Position numbers and translations under genes: made by a program. The notes beneath the pieces were generated by a model. It worked only from the letters and a program-made list of their open reading frames with translations, was not told the origin of the DNA and did not search any database. A stretch of DNA of 36,343 nucleotides from Candidatus Aminicenantes bacterium (GTDB taxonomy: Bacteria > Acidobacteriota > Aminicenantia > Aminicenantales > Aminicenantaceae), in the NCBI GenBank assembly GCA_030670375.1, contig DAOVBT010000001.1, forward strand, positions 1 through 36,343, in the 5' to 3' direction. Of this stretch, positions 1 to 10,377 are shown one piece after another. Numbering within the stretch: the stretch's first letter is position 1; each line of letters opens with the position of its first letter.

Positions 1-524
1 GCTTCACCTGCAGGAGTGCCTTCTTCTGCAGGCTGGAAGATGAACTTGATATTCCCGTTGATTTTTTCTTTGAGAGCACTCATAATCTTGGCCGTTCCCA
101 GGGCTATGGCAACGTGAATGTCATGGCCGCATGCATGCATGACACCAGGATTGAGAGATTTGAATGACAAATCGGTCAGTTCCTGGATTGGGAGGGCATC
201 CATATCTGCCCTCAAACCAATGGTCATTCCTTGCTCCGCTCCTCGCAACAATCCCGTCACACCTGTTTTGGCTATGCCGGATTTGACTTCGAGACCGAAA
301 GAGAGGAGCCTTGAAGCAATCAGGTTGGCAGTCTCGAATTCTCGATTTCCCAATTCCGGATTCATGTGGAGAAAACGTCTTGTGCGGATGATTTCGGCCT
401 TGTGTCTTTGAATTTCTTGATCGATCAAACGGGCTGTTTTGGAATCGACTCCCATTCCCATCAGAAAGAGCGTGAGAATATTAATCAGAATGGCAAGGAA
501 TCTAACCACACAATTTTTACTCAT
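1..524 (-). CDS. M20 family amidohydrolase/peptidase (N-acyl-amino-acid amidohydrolase-like), N-terminal part; runs off the left window edge
   Basis: Absent from the ORF track because it is open at the window edge. My minus-strand translation from ATG 524-522 reads MSKNCVVRFLAILINILTLFLMG...RFLHMNPELGNREFETANLIASRL...GLRADMDALPIQE...GVMHACGHDIH...FIFQPAEEG. That is a hydrophobic N-terminus followed by the ACGHD metal-site motif typical of M20D enzymes. Confidence 0.8.
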   Translation of the reverse strand, partial: MSKNCVVRFLAILINILTLFLMGMGVDSKTARLIDQEIQRHKAEIIRTRRFLHMNPELGNREFETANLIASRLLSFGLEVKSGIAKTGVTGLLRGAEQGMTIGLRADMDALPIQELTDLSFKSLNPGVMHACGHDIHVAIALGTAKIMSALKEKINGNIKFIFQPAEEGTPAGE

Positions 525-568
525 GGATTTATCTTAGGTTTGCCGTTTTGGAATGTCAACAATCCATA

Positions 569-2170
569 TCAGATGGTGATATTTTCTTGATAAGTGCCGT
601 AGACCTCCCTGAGGCAAGACGCCATTTCTTCCAGGGTTGCCAATGATCTGACTGCTTCCAAGATCGGAGGAAAGACATTTCGCCCTTCCTGGGCGGCCAG
701 TTTGAGAGAGTGAAGGTGTCGTTTGACTCGATTTTCCGACCTTTCTGCTTTCACGCGTTTTAATCTTTCCACCTGGTTTTTTTCCACCTCTTCGGGAGGA
801 GAATAGAGATTGAAATCAATCTTTTCCTTTGCGTCTGTGAATGCATTAAGCGAAACGATGATCTGTTTTTTTTCTTCGACCTGTTTTTGATAGCGATAAG
901 CGCTTTCCTGGATTTCTTTTTGCACAAAGCCGGTTTCAATGGCTCGTCCCATCCCTCCCAAGTCTTCGATTTTCTGCAAGTATTCGAGGACTTTTTCTTC
1001 GATCTGGTTGGTCAGAGTTTCCAGAAAATAGGCCCCCCCAAGAGGATCCACACAATCGGCCACACCGCTTTCAAAAGCGATGATCTGTTGCGTGCGCAGG
1101 GCAATCTGAGCGGATGTTTCGCTGGGCAGGGCCAGAGCTTCATCCCTGGAATTGGTATGGAGAGATTGTGTGCCGCCGAGAACAGCAGCCAAGGCTTGAA
1201 GAGCTACGCGGACGACGTTGTTTTCGGGTTCCTGGGCGACTAAGGTTACCCCACTTGTCTGTGTGTGGAATCGGAATCGCCAAGATACAGGATCCTTAGC
1301 CTTAAAGGATGTCTTCACAATTCTGGCCCATATTCTCCGGGCTGCACGGAACTTAGCGATTTCTTCCAAAAAGTTGTTGTGGGCGGCGAGGAAAAAGGAA
1401 AGACGAGGAGCGATATCATCGATGTCCAGTCCGGCCTGTGTGGCAACCTTGATGTATTCGATGGCATCGGCAAATGTGAATGCCAACTCCTGGACTGCAG
1501 TAGATCCTGCCTCACGGATGTGATAACCGCTGATGCTCATGGTGTTCCATTGGGGAACATTTGTGCGACAAAAACTCAGGGTGTCCGTGATGATCTTGAG
1601 CGATGGTTTCGGGGGATAAATGTACGTCCCCCGAGCGATGTATTCTTTGAGAATGTCGTTCTGGATGGTCCCCCTGAGTTTTTCCCAGGCTATCCCTCTC
1701 GCTTCAGCCGTAGCCAAGTACATCGCAAGGATAATGGTAGCGGTTGCATTTATCGTCATCGATACGCTGACTTTATCCAGAGGAATATTTGAAAACAGAG
1801 CTTCCATATCCCTCAACGAGTCGATGGCAACGCCGACCTTTCCGACCTCTCCATATGCTTGAGGGTGATCAGAATCAAGCCCGATCTGGGTAGGCAGGTC
1901 GAAGGCTACACTCAGTCCTGTTTGCCCTTGGGAGAGGAGAAAACGATATCTCTTATTGGATTCTTCAGCAGTTGCGAACCCGGCATACTGGCGCATGGTC
2001 CACAGCTTTCCTCGATACATGCTGGGATATGGTCCTCGCGTGAACGGATATTCTCCCGGGTGACCAAGGGATTCTTCAGGATTAAAATCAGAAAGGTCTT
2101 TATCGGTGTAGACATTCCTGACCTCGATTTGAGAGGAGGTCAGGTACTTTTTTTTTCTCTCCTTATTCAT
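569..2170 (-). CDS. acyl-CoA mutase (methylmalonyl-CoA mutase family) large catalytic subunit, without a cobalamin-binding domain
   Basis: 533-aa ORF with [34 protein letters not shown] and HTQTSGVTL segments typical of the MCM substrate-binding barrel. The protein ends before any C-terminal B12-binding domain, so it is a split-type enzyme. Confidence 0.9.
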   Translation of the reverse strand: MNKERKKKYLTSSQIEVRNVYTDKDLSDFNPEESLGHPGEYPFTRGPYPSMYRGKLWTMRQYAGFATAEESNKRYRFLLSQGQTGLSVAFDLPTQIGLDSDHPQAYGEVGKVGVAIDSLRDMEALFSNIPLDKVSVSMTINATATIILAMYLATAEARGIAWEKLRGTIQNDILKEYIARGTYIYPPKPSLKIITDTLSFCRTNVPQWNTMSISGYHIREAGSTAVQELAFTFADAIEYIKVATQAGLDIDDIAPRLSFFLAAHNNFLEEIAKFRAARRIWARIVKTSFKAKDPVSWRFRFHTQTSGVTLVAQEPENNVVRVALQALAAVLGGTQSLHTNSRDEALALPSETSAQIALRTQQIIAFESGVADCVDPLGGAYFLETLTNQIEEKVLEYLQKIEDLGGMGRAIETGFVQKEIQESAYRYQKQVEEKKQIIVSLNAFTDAKEKIDFNLYSPPEEVEKNQVERLKRVKAERSENRVKRHLHSLKLAAQEGRNVFPPILEAVRSLATLEEMASCLREVYGTYQENITI

Positions 2171-2193
2171 TTCCGCAACTTGGAGAGGTCCGA

Positions 2194-3525
<1,332 letters not shown>

Positions 3526-3564
3526 TTATCCTTAGAACAGTTTGTATCTTCGATGAAGAGGAGA

Positions 3565-3891
3565 TTACTTCTCTACGGGAACTTCTTCCTTAGCAACATC
3601 TTCGGGCTTTTTAGAGAGTTCTTTCTTTTTTTTGTCGACGAATTCTTTTATGGCATCGATTCCTTCGGTGGTTTTTTCCTTGACGACTTTGATCCCTTTT
3701 TCTGCTTCTTTGGCTATTCTGTCATAACTTTCCTTCGCTTTTTCCCCGGTTTTCACAGCGGATTCCTGGACTTTTTTCCGAGTATCGGCTCCACTTGCCG
3801 GTGCAAACAGAACTCCCAAGATAAAGCCAGTGGCTGTCCCGATGAGAAAGGAGAGGGTGACTTCAAGAGCACTAGAACCTTTATCTGACAT
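3565..3891 (-). CDS. YtxH domain-containing protein
   Basis: 108 aa. N-terminal TM segment with GFILGVLFAPASG followed by a K/E-rich helical tail, the classic YtxH layout. Confidence 0.8.
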   Translation of the reverse strand: MSDKGSSALEVTLSFLIGTATGFILGVLFAPASGADTRKKVQESAVKTGEKAKESYDRIAKEAEKGIKVVKEKTTEGIDAIKEFVDKKKKELSKKPEDVAKEEVPVEK

Positions 3892-4252
3892 TTTTTTCCT
3901 CCTTAAATTTTTTCGCTTGCCGCCAGCCTAAACGCATCAACGGAAATAAAAACGGCCAGTACTTTGAGCTCGGTCTCAAGATTTTCATTGCCACAAACCA
4001 GGCGATTTCTGAAACGCTCACGGCTGTCTTTTTTGAGGCTTGAACCAGCTCGCCCACATCCTCAATTCTTGACTGGAGAATCCGGCCCGTCTCCCTTGTC
4101 TCTCCGACCAGCGCCTTGACCTCGATTAGGGTTTCTTCTGCTTCACGTGCTGTTTTACGGAGTTGTCTCAGCAAGTTGACCAGGAATGTGACAGCGACGA
4201 CCACAGCAATCGTGATTACGAGCAGTAAAAATTGGTTGAGAGTCAGCGGCAT
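3881..4252 (-). CDS. DUF948-like membrane-anchored coiled-coil protein
   Basis: The ORF-track entry 3881..4441 is trimmed to the internal ATG at 4252 (MPLTLNQFLLLVITIAVVVAVTFLVNLLRQLRKTA...). That gives a TM helix plus helical domain. A TTGACA-17-TATCTA promoter lies just upstream. The 3' end overlaps the ytxH-like start by 11 nt. Confidence 0.7.
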   Translation of the reverse strand: MPLTLNQFLLLVITIAVVVAVTFLVNLLRQLRKTAREAEETLIEVKALVGETRETGRILQSRIEDVGELVQASKKTAVSVSEIAWFVAMKILRPSSKYWPFLFPLMRLGWRQAKKFKEEKNVR

Positions 4253-4261
4253 CGTATTACA

Positions 4262-4290
4262 TAGATAAAATAAAAACTTGGTTTTGTCAA
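4262..4290 (-). promoter_or_regulatory. sigma70-type promoter for the DUF948/ytxH-like pair
   Basis: Minus-strand TTGACA (4290-4285), 17-nt spacer, TATCTA (4267-4262), just upstream of ATG 4252. Confidence 0.55.
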
Positions 4291-4301
4291 ATTGAACTGA
4301 A

Positions 4302-4931
4302 TTATTTCCAGAGGATTTTTTGCAAGTGTTCCAGATCGAATTCTTCTGCGATTTTCTCCAGGGTGTGGGCGAGTTCGTCTTCACTCTTATTTTGGATGGC
4401 TTGTTCCCATTTTTCCAGAGAGGAGGTCGGGATGAACACATGGTCTTTTTTTGCCAGACGGTTTATTCCCCGAAGTGCCTGCCAGTGTGTGATCATCAAG
4501 AGGGCCAAGACACCGAAAAAAACATTTGGCCCTGGAAGCAAGGCAGCAAGGCCACTGATCGGAAGAAGAATGGACTCTCCGACGAGGAGAAGGATATGTT
4601 TGGTTCTCTGCCTTTGGAGGAAAAAGAAGAAGCGAACCTTTATGCGTTGCTCCGTGCAGCATCCAGAATACAAAATCTCGACCTGATTTCCTTTTGCCTG
4701 TAAAATCTGCTCAAAGGCCTGTTCTTGCACAAGGATTTTTCTGGGCAATAACATGAGCTTTTGTCTGGCTTTTTCCCAGATTTCTTTCCAGCGGGAAAAT
4801 TTAATTTGGATTTGGTGAAAGGGTTTAGCAGAAAAATACCTGTATTTTTCGCGGTAATCCTTAACAAAAAAGAAACGCATTTTCCCTATTTTACCAATTC
4901 GGCACAAAGAAACAAGCACTACCGCAAGCAT
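4302..4931 (-). CDS. hypothetical membrane protein (central hairpin of two hydrophobic helices around an LPGPN turn)
   Basis: The ORF-track entry 4302..5309 overlaps the permease gene in another frame upstream of 4946, so I trimmed it. ATG 4931 has GAGG 9 nt upstream and lies 14 nt after the permease stop. ATG 4880 is an alternative start. I recognise no family. Confidence 0.5.
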   Translation of the reverse strand: MLAVVLVSLCRIGKIGKMRFFFVKDYREKYRYFSAKPFHQIQIKFSRWKEIWEKARQKLMLLPRKILVQEQAFEQILQAKGNQVEILYSGCCTEQRIKVRFFFFLQRQRTKHILLLVGESILLPISGLAALLPGPNVFFGVLALLMITHWQALRGINRLAKKDHVFIPTSSLEKWEQAIQNKSEDELAHTLEKIAEEFDLEHLQKILWK

Positions 4932-4945
4932 CGGAGAAAGCCTCG

Positions 4946-5938
4946 CTAGCGGCGTTGGTTGAGGAGGTAGATGAAAAAAGGAGCGCCGACAGCAGCCGTT
5001 ATGATGCCGATCGGAAGTTCCGATCCTGATAGGATGGTTCTTGCCAGCAAGTCGCAGAACATCAGAAAAACCCCTCCCATGATGGAGGAGGAAAAAAAGA
5101 GATATCTGTGATCGGGGCCGATAAGAAGGCGGACCCAATGGGGAATGATCAAGCCGACAAATCCGACAATACCGCTTACCGAGACTGATGAAGATGCCAG
5201 CAATGTGGAAACGACCAAAAAGATTTTTCGTGTCCGGCTGACAGAACAGCCGAGGGATTGGGCGATTTCGTCTCCCATGACAAGAAGGTTCATATCCTTG
5301 GCTAGCCACTGGGAGATAAAAAAACAGAAGATGAATGTGGGAAAGATGACCCGGAAATGATTCCAGTCAGCCAAATGAAAACTTCCCAGGAGCCAAAACA
5401 CGGCCTGTTCGAAGGATTCGGATTTAAAAAAGATCAAAAATGAGGTTAAAGACGAAGCCAGGGCTCCGGCTGCAATTCCTGTCAGGAGCAAGGTTTCCAC
5501 CTTGAAAGTACCCTTTCTCTGGGAAAGGATATACACCAGGGAAACGATGGAAAGTCCGGAACCAAAGGCAAAAACATTCTGCATGGAGAATCCCCAAAAA
5601 CTCATGTTCACCCCGAGGATGAGGGCTAGGACAGCACCAAAAGAGGCTCCCGATGAGACGCCGACTACAAACGGACCAGCCATAGGGTTTTGAAAGTATC
5701 CTTGCAGAATGGCCCCAGAGAGAGAGAGGCATGCGCCTACCAAAAAAGAAAGGAGGGCACGGGAAAATCGCAGGTGGATGAAAATCTGGGCATTTGTCTG
5801 GTCGCTGTGAACCAGAAAATTCCAAAGGTCGATGAAGCTCGTTTTGACAGAACCTTTCACCAAAGACACATAAAGCCCTGCGGCCAGCAGAAATAGCAAA
5901 ATCGAGAGGAGTCGAATCCTTTTTTTCTGCGGAGTCAT
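4946..5938 (-). CDS. FecCD/BtuC-family ABC importer permease (iron-siderophore/cobalamin type)
   Basis: 330 aa, about 9-10 hydrophobic segments, and a conserved C-terminal ...PIGIITAAVGAPFFIYLL motif of the FecCD family. Start overlaps the upstream stop. Confidence 0.9.
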   Translation of the reverse strand: MTPQKKRIRLLSILLFLLAAGLYVSLVKGSVKTSFIDLWNFLVHSDQTNAQIFIHLRFSRALLSFLVGACLSLSGAILQGYFQNPMAGPFVVGVSSGASFGAVLALILGVNMSFWGFSMQNVFAFGSGLSIVSLVYILSQRKGTFKVETLLLTGIAAGALASSLTSFLIFFKSESFEQAVFWLLGSFHLADWNHFRVIFPTFIFCFFISQWLAKDMNLLVMGDEIAQSLGCSVSRTRKIFLVVSTLLASSSVSVSGIVGFVGLIIPHWVRLLIGPDHRYLFFSSSIMGGVFLMFCDLLARTILSGSELPIGIITAAVGAPFFIYLLNQRR

Positions 5939-6852
5939 TGGCCATCCTTAAAAAAAGAGGGATGCAGGATGCGGGCGAGCTGGTCGAAAGCCTGGAATAA
6001 TCTGGGCCCCGGCCGGGTGATCAAATCTTCGTTTAAAAAATAGATGTTTCCCTTTTGTACTGCCTTGATGCTCTCTAGGTGGGCTTCCTTTGTGAACCAT
6101 GTTTTAACTTCACAAAAATCGGAGTCTGACTTGCTTATGACAACGATGTATTCAGGATTTTGGTGGATGAGTTCCTCTCGATTGTAGCTGAACCAGGCTC
6201 TAGGAATTTCACCTGCAGCATTGACTCCTTTTGCCTTCAGGATGAGATCATTCATAAAGCTTTTTTTTCCGCAAGTCCAAAGGCCTTTCCCATAAAGGTC
6301 GATGAAAACCTTTGGCCTATTGTTCACGTTTTTTAAGGAAGTTTCTATCCTCTTGAGATTCTCACGCAAAGGGGCGACGAGACTTTCTGCGGCTTTTTCT
6401 TTTCGTGTGATTTGGCCTATCCTATGGATGAGAACAAAAACGGATTCCAGGGTTGTCCCTTCTTCCAGGACAAAAACGGGCAACTCAAGGTCTTTGAGCC
6501 GCCGGACCAGCCTCAATGGATTGCCCCTGAAGGCAATGATAAGGTCCGGTCGAAGATCGATGATTTTTTCCAAGTCCGGGTCGACCATTCCTCCGACACG
6601 ATTTTTTGTTTGTGCCTGTTTCGGATAGTTGCAGTAGCGGGTCACACCGATGATTTTTTTTTCCAGACCTAAGGCAAACAGAATCTCCGTAACATTCGGA
6701 GTCAGGGAAATGATTCTCTGGGGTGGACTTCCGAGGACATGCGTGTAGCCCAGGTCATCCTTGATGGTCAGGTTTTGGCCACCTGGAGAGGTGAGATTGA
6801 GAAGGAACAGAAGACAGAGAGCCGAAGTTGTGCGTTTCATTTGAATTCTCAC
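5935..6852 (-). CDS. ABC transporter periplasmic substrate-binding protein, BtuF/FhuD-like (cluster A)
   Basis: 305 aa with a signal peptide, then RIISLTPNVTEILFALG...IIGVT and DLRPDLIIAF motifs typical of cobalamin/siderophore binding proteins. Start is GTG 6852 (GTGA overlap with the ATPase stop) or ATG 6840 (MKRTTSALCLL...). Confidence 0.85.
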   Translation of the reverse strand: MRIQMKRTTSALCLLFLLNLTSPGGQNLTIKDDLGYTHVLGSPPQRIISLTPNVTEILFALGLEKKIIGVTRYCNYPKQAQTKNRVGGMVDPDLEKIIDLRPDLIIAFRGNPLRLVRRLKDLELPVFVLEEGTTLESVFVLIHRIGQITRKEKAAESLVAPLRENLKRIETSLKNVNNRPKVFIDLYGKGLWTCGKKSFMNDLILKAKGVNAAGEIPRAWFSYNREELIHQNPEYIVVISKSDSDFCEVKTWFTKEAHLESIKAVQKGNIYFLNEDLITRPGPRLFQAFDQLARILHPSFFKDGQ

Positions 6853-7637
6853 TCTTGTTTCTTAAATGTCAGGGAAATCTCAGGGAGGCCAGAGTGAAGA
6901 TTTTTCCTCACGTCCACATCGGTATGGAAAACCTCTTGGATATTCTGCTTTGTGATAAGTTCGGAGGGAGGCCCCAGAGAATGGATTCCGCCGTTTTGGA
7001 GGAAGAGAAGCCTCTGGGAATACGGAACGGCTAGATTGATATTGTGCTCGGCGGTAAGAATGGTTTTGTTTTTTTCTTCCTGTAATCGTTTCAGGATTTG
7101 ATAGATTTCCACCTGATAGTTGATATCAAGATGAGCGCTGGGCTCATCCAGGAACAGGAGTGGTGTGTCCTGTGCCAACGCCCGGGCGATGAAAACACGT
7201 TGTCTTTCTCCACCGCTGAGATGCGCGATTTTTTTGTTTTTTAGCCGCGTGGTTTCTGTAAGATCCATGATTTCTTCGATAATGCTTTTGTCTGCGGCCG
7301 TTATACAGGTGAATTTGCCTTGATGAACATATCTGCCCATCAAGATGATTTCCTCAACGGTAAACTCGAAAGAGACCTCGAACATTTGGGGGACATAAGC
7401 CATTTTTTGGGCTAATTCCCTGGGTTTATGTGCAGACATCTCTTTCCCGTCTAATAAGATCTTCCCGGAGATATCCATCAGCAGGCCTTGAATGGCTTTT
7501 ATCATTGTGCTTTTTCCCGATCCATTCCGGCCCAGGACGGATAGAAACTCCCCTTTGTTCAAGGAGAAGGAAATATTTTTGATGATGTCTCCGTTCCCGT
7601 AGCCTGCGGTAAGATCCTGGATTTCAAGGATTGCCAT
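6849..7637 (-). CDS. ABC transporter ATP-binding protein (FepC/BtuD-like)
   Basis: 262 aa with Walker A GRNGSGKST, signature LSGGERQR and Walker B LLFLDEP. It is the first gene of the three-gene importer operon. Confidence 0.92.
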   Translation of the reverse strand: MAILEIQDLTAGYGNGDIIKNISFSLNKGEFLSVLGRNGSGKSTMIKAIQGLLMDISGKILLDGKEMSAHKPRELAQKMAYVPQMFEVSFEFTVEEIILMGRYVHQGKFTCITAADKSIIEEIMDLTETTRLKNKKIAHLSGGERQRVFIARALAQDTPLLFLDEPSAHLDINYQVEIYQILKRLQEEKNKTILTAEHNINLAVPYSQRLLFLQNGGIHSLGPPSELITKQNIQEVFHTDVDVRKNLHSGLPEISLTFKKQE

Positions 7638-7641
7638 GGTA

Positions 7642-7669
7642 TAAAGAGTTTACGGATTTCTCCTCTTTA
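7642..7669 (-). promoter_or_regulatory. leader hairpin between an SD-like GAGGAG and the start codon of the ABC-importer ATPase gene
   Basis: The mRNA sense reads gTAAAGAGgagaaatccgtaaaCTCTTTAtaccATG: a 7-bp stem and 14-nt loop. The only SD-like sequence lies about 22 nt upstream of the ATG, and half of it is in the stem. Confidence 0.45.
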
Positions 7670-7806
7670 CTTCAACCAAGTAGCCTAAATTATTTATAAA
7701 AAATGCCGATCCCTGTTTTCACTTTCCAATATAAAGTGCATAAATCCATAAATCACAAATAATGGGCATTTTTACCCTAAGCGCGGGTTGGCTCCAGGGC
7801 AAATTC

Positions 7807-7835
7807 TTGACTTTTAAGGGTGAGAAATCTAATAT
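7807..7835 (+). promoter_or_regulatory. sigma70-type promoter for leuS-lptE-holA
   Basis: TTGACT (7807-7812), 17-nt spacer, TAATAT (7830-7835). Confidence 0.65.
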
Positions 7836-7877
7836 TTAGGATTGCCTCAGATTTTGGAAATAAATACAGAGGAACCG

Positions 7878-10364
7878 GTGAAGAAAGATTATAATTTTGA
7901 CCGCATAGAGAAAAAGTGGCAGAAGACTTGGGAAGATCAAGAAGTGTTTGTCTTTTGTGAGGATCCGCAAAAAACGAAATACTATTGCCTGGAAATGTAT
8001 CCTTATCCCTCGGGACGAATTCACATGGGGCAGGTCCGCAATTACGCCATCGGGGATGTGATAGCACGGTTCAAGATGATGAAAGGATTAAATGTTATAC
8101 ATCCCATCGGGTGGGATGCATTGGGCATGCCTGCGGAAAATGCTGCCATAACCCAAGGGATCCATCCGCAAAAGTGGACTCGCGGCAATATTTCCCACAT
8201 GAAGAAACAGTTGAAAAGACTGGGGTTCAGCTATGATTGGTCTCGGGAAGTAAACACCTGTCTGCCGGAATACTACAGGTGGAATCAATGGATATTCCTC
8301 AAGATGCTGGAAAAAGGCCTGGCCTATCGGAAGAAAAGCTGGATCAATTGGTGTCCCTCATGCCAAACGGTATTGGCCAACGAGCAGGTGATCGGTGAAA
8401 AATGCTGGCGTTGCGATACGAATGTGATGCAGAAGGATATGGAACAGTGGTTTTTGCGGATCACGGATTATGCTGAAGAACTCCTCTCCGGACATGAAGC
8501 GCTGGAAAAATGGCCTGAACATGTTCTCCTGATGCAGAAAAATTGGATAGGAAAAAGCACGGGTGGTCATATCTCCTTCCCTATCGTCGGTTCTTCTGAG
8601 AGTATCGATATCTTTACGACCCGAGTGGATACGATTTTCGGCGCGACCTTTATGGCGTTATCTCCCGAACATCCTTTAACAATGGAATTGATCGCGGGCA
8701 CTGCCCATGAGGATGAATTAAAAACGTGGATCGAAAAGAGTGCTGCCGAACAGAAGATGCGCATAGATCCAGAGGAGATGGAAAAACAGGGAATAGATAC
8801 CGAAAAAAAGGCGATCAATCCCTTTACAGGTGAAGAAATTCCGGTTTGGGTGTCCAACTATGTTTTGATGGAATACGGAACAGGTGCGATCATGGCTGTT
8901 CCTGCCCACGACCAAAGAGATTTTGAATTTGCAAAGAAATATAACTTGCCTATCCGGGTTGTGATTGTACCGGAGAAAGAATCCCCCCCAGAAGAGCTGG
9001 AGGAGGCGTATGAAGGAAAGGGATTTGTGGTCGATTCCGAAATCTTTTCTGGCCTGTCCTCCTCAAAGGCATCTGAAAAAATGGTCCAGTATGCCGAGGA
9101 GAATGGATTTGGACGCAAAAGCACTCTGTACAGACTTCGGGATTGGGGAATATCTCGCCAGCGGTATTGGGGGACGCCCATCCCGATTATTTACTGCCCA
9201 ACATGCGGAATCGTGGGTGTCCCGTATGAGGATCTTCCGGTTACTCTTCCTCCAGATGTCGAATTTACCGGAGAGGAGGGTTCACCGCTGGAGAACGCGG
9301 CAAGTTTTGTTCAGACCAAATGTCCAGAGTGTGGAGAGGCGGCCCGAAGAGAAACAGACACGATGGATACTTTTTTCGATTCTTCCTGGTATTACTTTCG
9401 GTATTGCTCCCCAGAGGAGGACAAACTTCCTTTCGATCCCCGGCCGGTCAATTACTGGCTTCCTGTGGACCTCTACATCGGTGGAGTGGAACATGCCATA
9501 CTGCACCTGATTTATGCAAGATTTTTCTGCAAGTTTTTCAGAGACGATGGCCTGACAACCATAGATGAACCCTTTCCCCGACTCCTTGCCCAAGGGATGG
9601 TGACAAAAGACGGGGTAAAGATGTCCAAATCAAAAGGAAACGTTGTGGATCCCGACGACATGGTGAAGGACTATGGAGCTGATACGGTGAGACTTTACAT
9701 CCTTTTCGCATCTCCTCCAGAAAAAGAATTTGCTTGGAATGAAAAGGGAATAGAGGGGTGTTACCGTTTTTTGAATCGCATTTGGTTCTTTTTCCAAGAG
9801 AACAAATCCCTTCTTTCGGGAGGTCTTCCATCAGGAGAATCCGATTATTCACCGGGGACAGACGAGATACACCCGTTGAGAATCAAAATGCACCAGACGA
9901 TCCGAAAGGTTTCAGACGACATCGATAAAAGATATCATTTGAACACGGCGATAAGCTCGATAATGGAATTGTTTAACCTTATCAAGGCAGAAAGGGAAGG
10001 TCTCATACAGAGCGATGAAGGCAAGAGGCTTCTTAGGGAGGCTGTTGAAAAAATGATCCTGCTCCTGTCTCCGTTTGCACCGCACATCTGCGAAGAGCTG
10101 TGGGAACAAATAGGATACCAGACGCTTCTGGCGCATACTCCTTGGCCTTGCTATGAGCCGGAGTTGGCAAAAGAAGAGCGGGTGACGATTGTTGTGCAGA
10201 TCAACGGGAAATTGAGGGATAGGTTCGAAGTCGAAAGAGATGCAGAGGAGGGAGAGCTGAAAGAAATAGCTCTAGGTTTGGATAAGATTCGCAATCTCAT
10301 CGGCGATAAGGAAGTAAAAATGGTGATACACATTAAGAATAAGATAATCAATATCGTCATTTAG
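7878..10364 (+). CDS. leuS: leucine--tRNA ligase
   Basis: Class I motifs HMGQVRNY (HIGH) and KMSKSKGN (KMSKS) plus the CP1 editing domain. The ORF track starts at TTG 7842. I prefer GTG 7878 (gives MKKDYNFDRIEKKWQ), which is preceded by AGAGGA and lies downstream of the predicted -10 at 7830-7835. Confidence 0.93.
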   Translation: MKKDYNFDRIEKKWQKTWEDQEVFVFCEDPQKTKYYCLEMYPYPSGRIHMGQVRNYAIGDVIARFKMMKGLNVIHPIGWDALGMPAENAAITQGIHPQKWTRGNISHMKKQLKRLGFSYDWSREVNTCLPEYYRWNQWIFLKMLEKGLAYRKKSWINWCPSCQTVLANEQVIGEKCWRCDTNVMQKDMEQWFLRITDYAEELLSGHEALEKWPEHVLLMQKNWIGKSTGGHISFPIVGSSESIDIFTTRVDTIFGATFMALSPEHPLTMELIAGTAHEDELKTWIEKSAAEQKMRIDPEEMEKQGIDTEKKAINPFTGEEIPVWVSNYVLMEYGTGAIMAVPAHDQRDFEFAKKYNLPIRVVIVPEKESPPEELEEAYEGKGFVVDSEIFSGLSSSKASEKMVQYAEENGFGRKSTLYRLRDWGISRQRYWGTPIPIIYCPTCGIVGVPYEDLPVTLPPDVEFTGEEGSPLENAASFVQTKCPECGEAARRETDTMDTFFDSSWYYFRYCSPEEDKLPFDPRPVNYWLPVDLYIGGVEHAILHLIYARFFCKFFRDDGLTTIDEPFPRLLAQGMVTKDGVKMSKSKGNVVDPDDMVKDYGADTVRLYILFASPPEKEFAWNEKGIEGCYRFLNRIWFFFQENKSLLSGGLPSGESDYSPGTDEIHPLRIKMHQTIRKVSDDIDKRYHLNTAISSIMELFNLIKAEREGLIQSDEGKRLLREAVEKMILLLSPFAPHICEELWEQIGYQTLLAHTPWPCYEPELAKEERVTIVVQINGKLRDRFEVERDAEEGELKEIALGLDKIRNLIGDKEVKMVIHIKNKIINIVI

Positions 10365-10377
10365 GTATGGAGGTTAA

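Noticed and set aside
4932-5309. N-terminal extension of ORF 4302..5309. Other long ORF-track entries are in the same class: 1265..1792(+), 5424..5945(-), 16272..16889(+), 22495..23262(-), 25754..26296(-), 28278..28886(-), 29971..30552(-), 19953..20405(-), 8965..9510(+).
   Set aside because: All lie inside, and out of frame or antisense to, ORFs with unambiguous family signatures. Their translations are low-complexity or Arg/Ser/Pro-rich, as expected for shadow frames.
7670-7706. Possible third, degenerate copy of the repeat 3' module: a shared 9-mer CTTCAACCA followed by patchy AGCC.AA / TTTAT / AAAA..ATGC matches.
   Set aside because: Beyond the 9-mer, the similarity needs gaps and is weak. 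No 5' module is present. A single 9-mer match in about 72 kb of two-strand sequence is not improbable by chance.
7638-7841. Possible cobalamin riboswitch upstream of the BtuFCD-like operon (fragments such as GGAAAGTGAAAACAGGGA and GCCCTGGAGCCAACCCGC on the minus strand).
   Set aside because: The fragments are in the wrong order, and there is no B12 box or ACUG/CCCGC core arrangement. By eye this is not a riboswitch. It needs a cmsearch with RF00174 to be certain.
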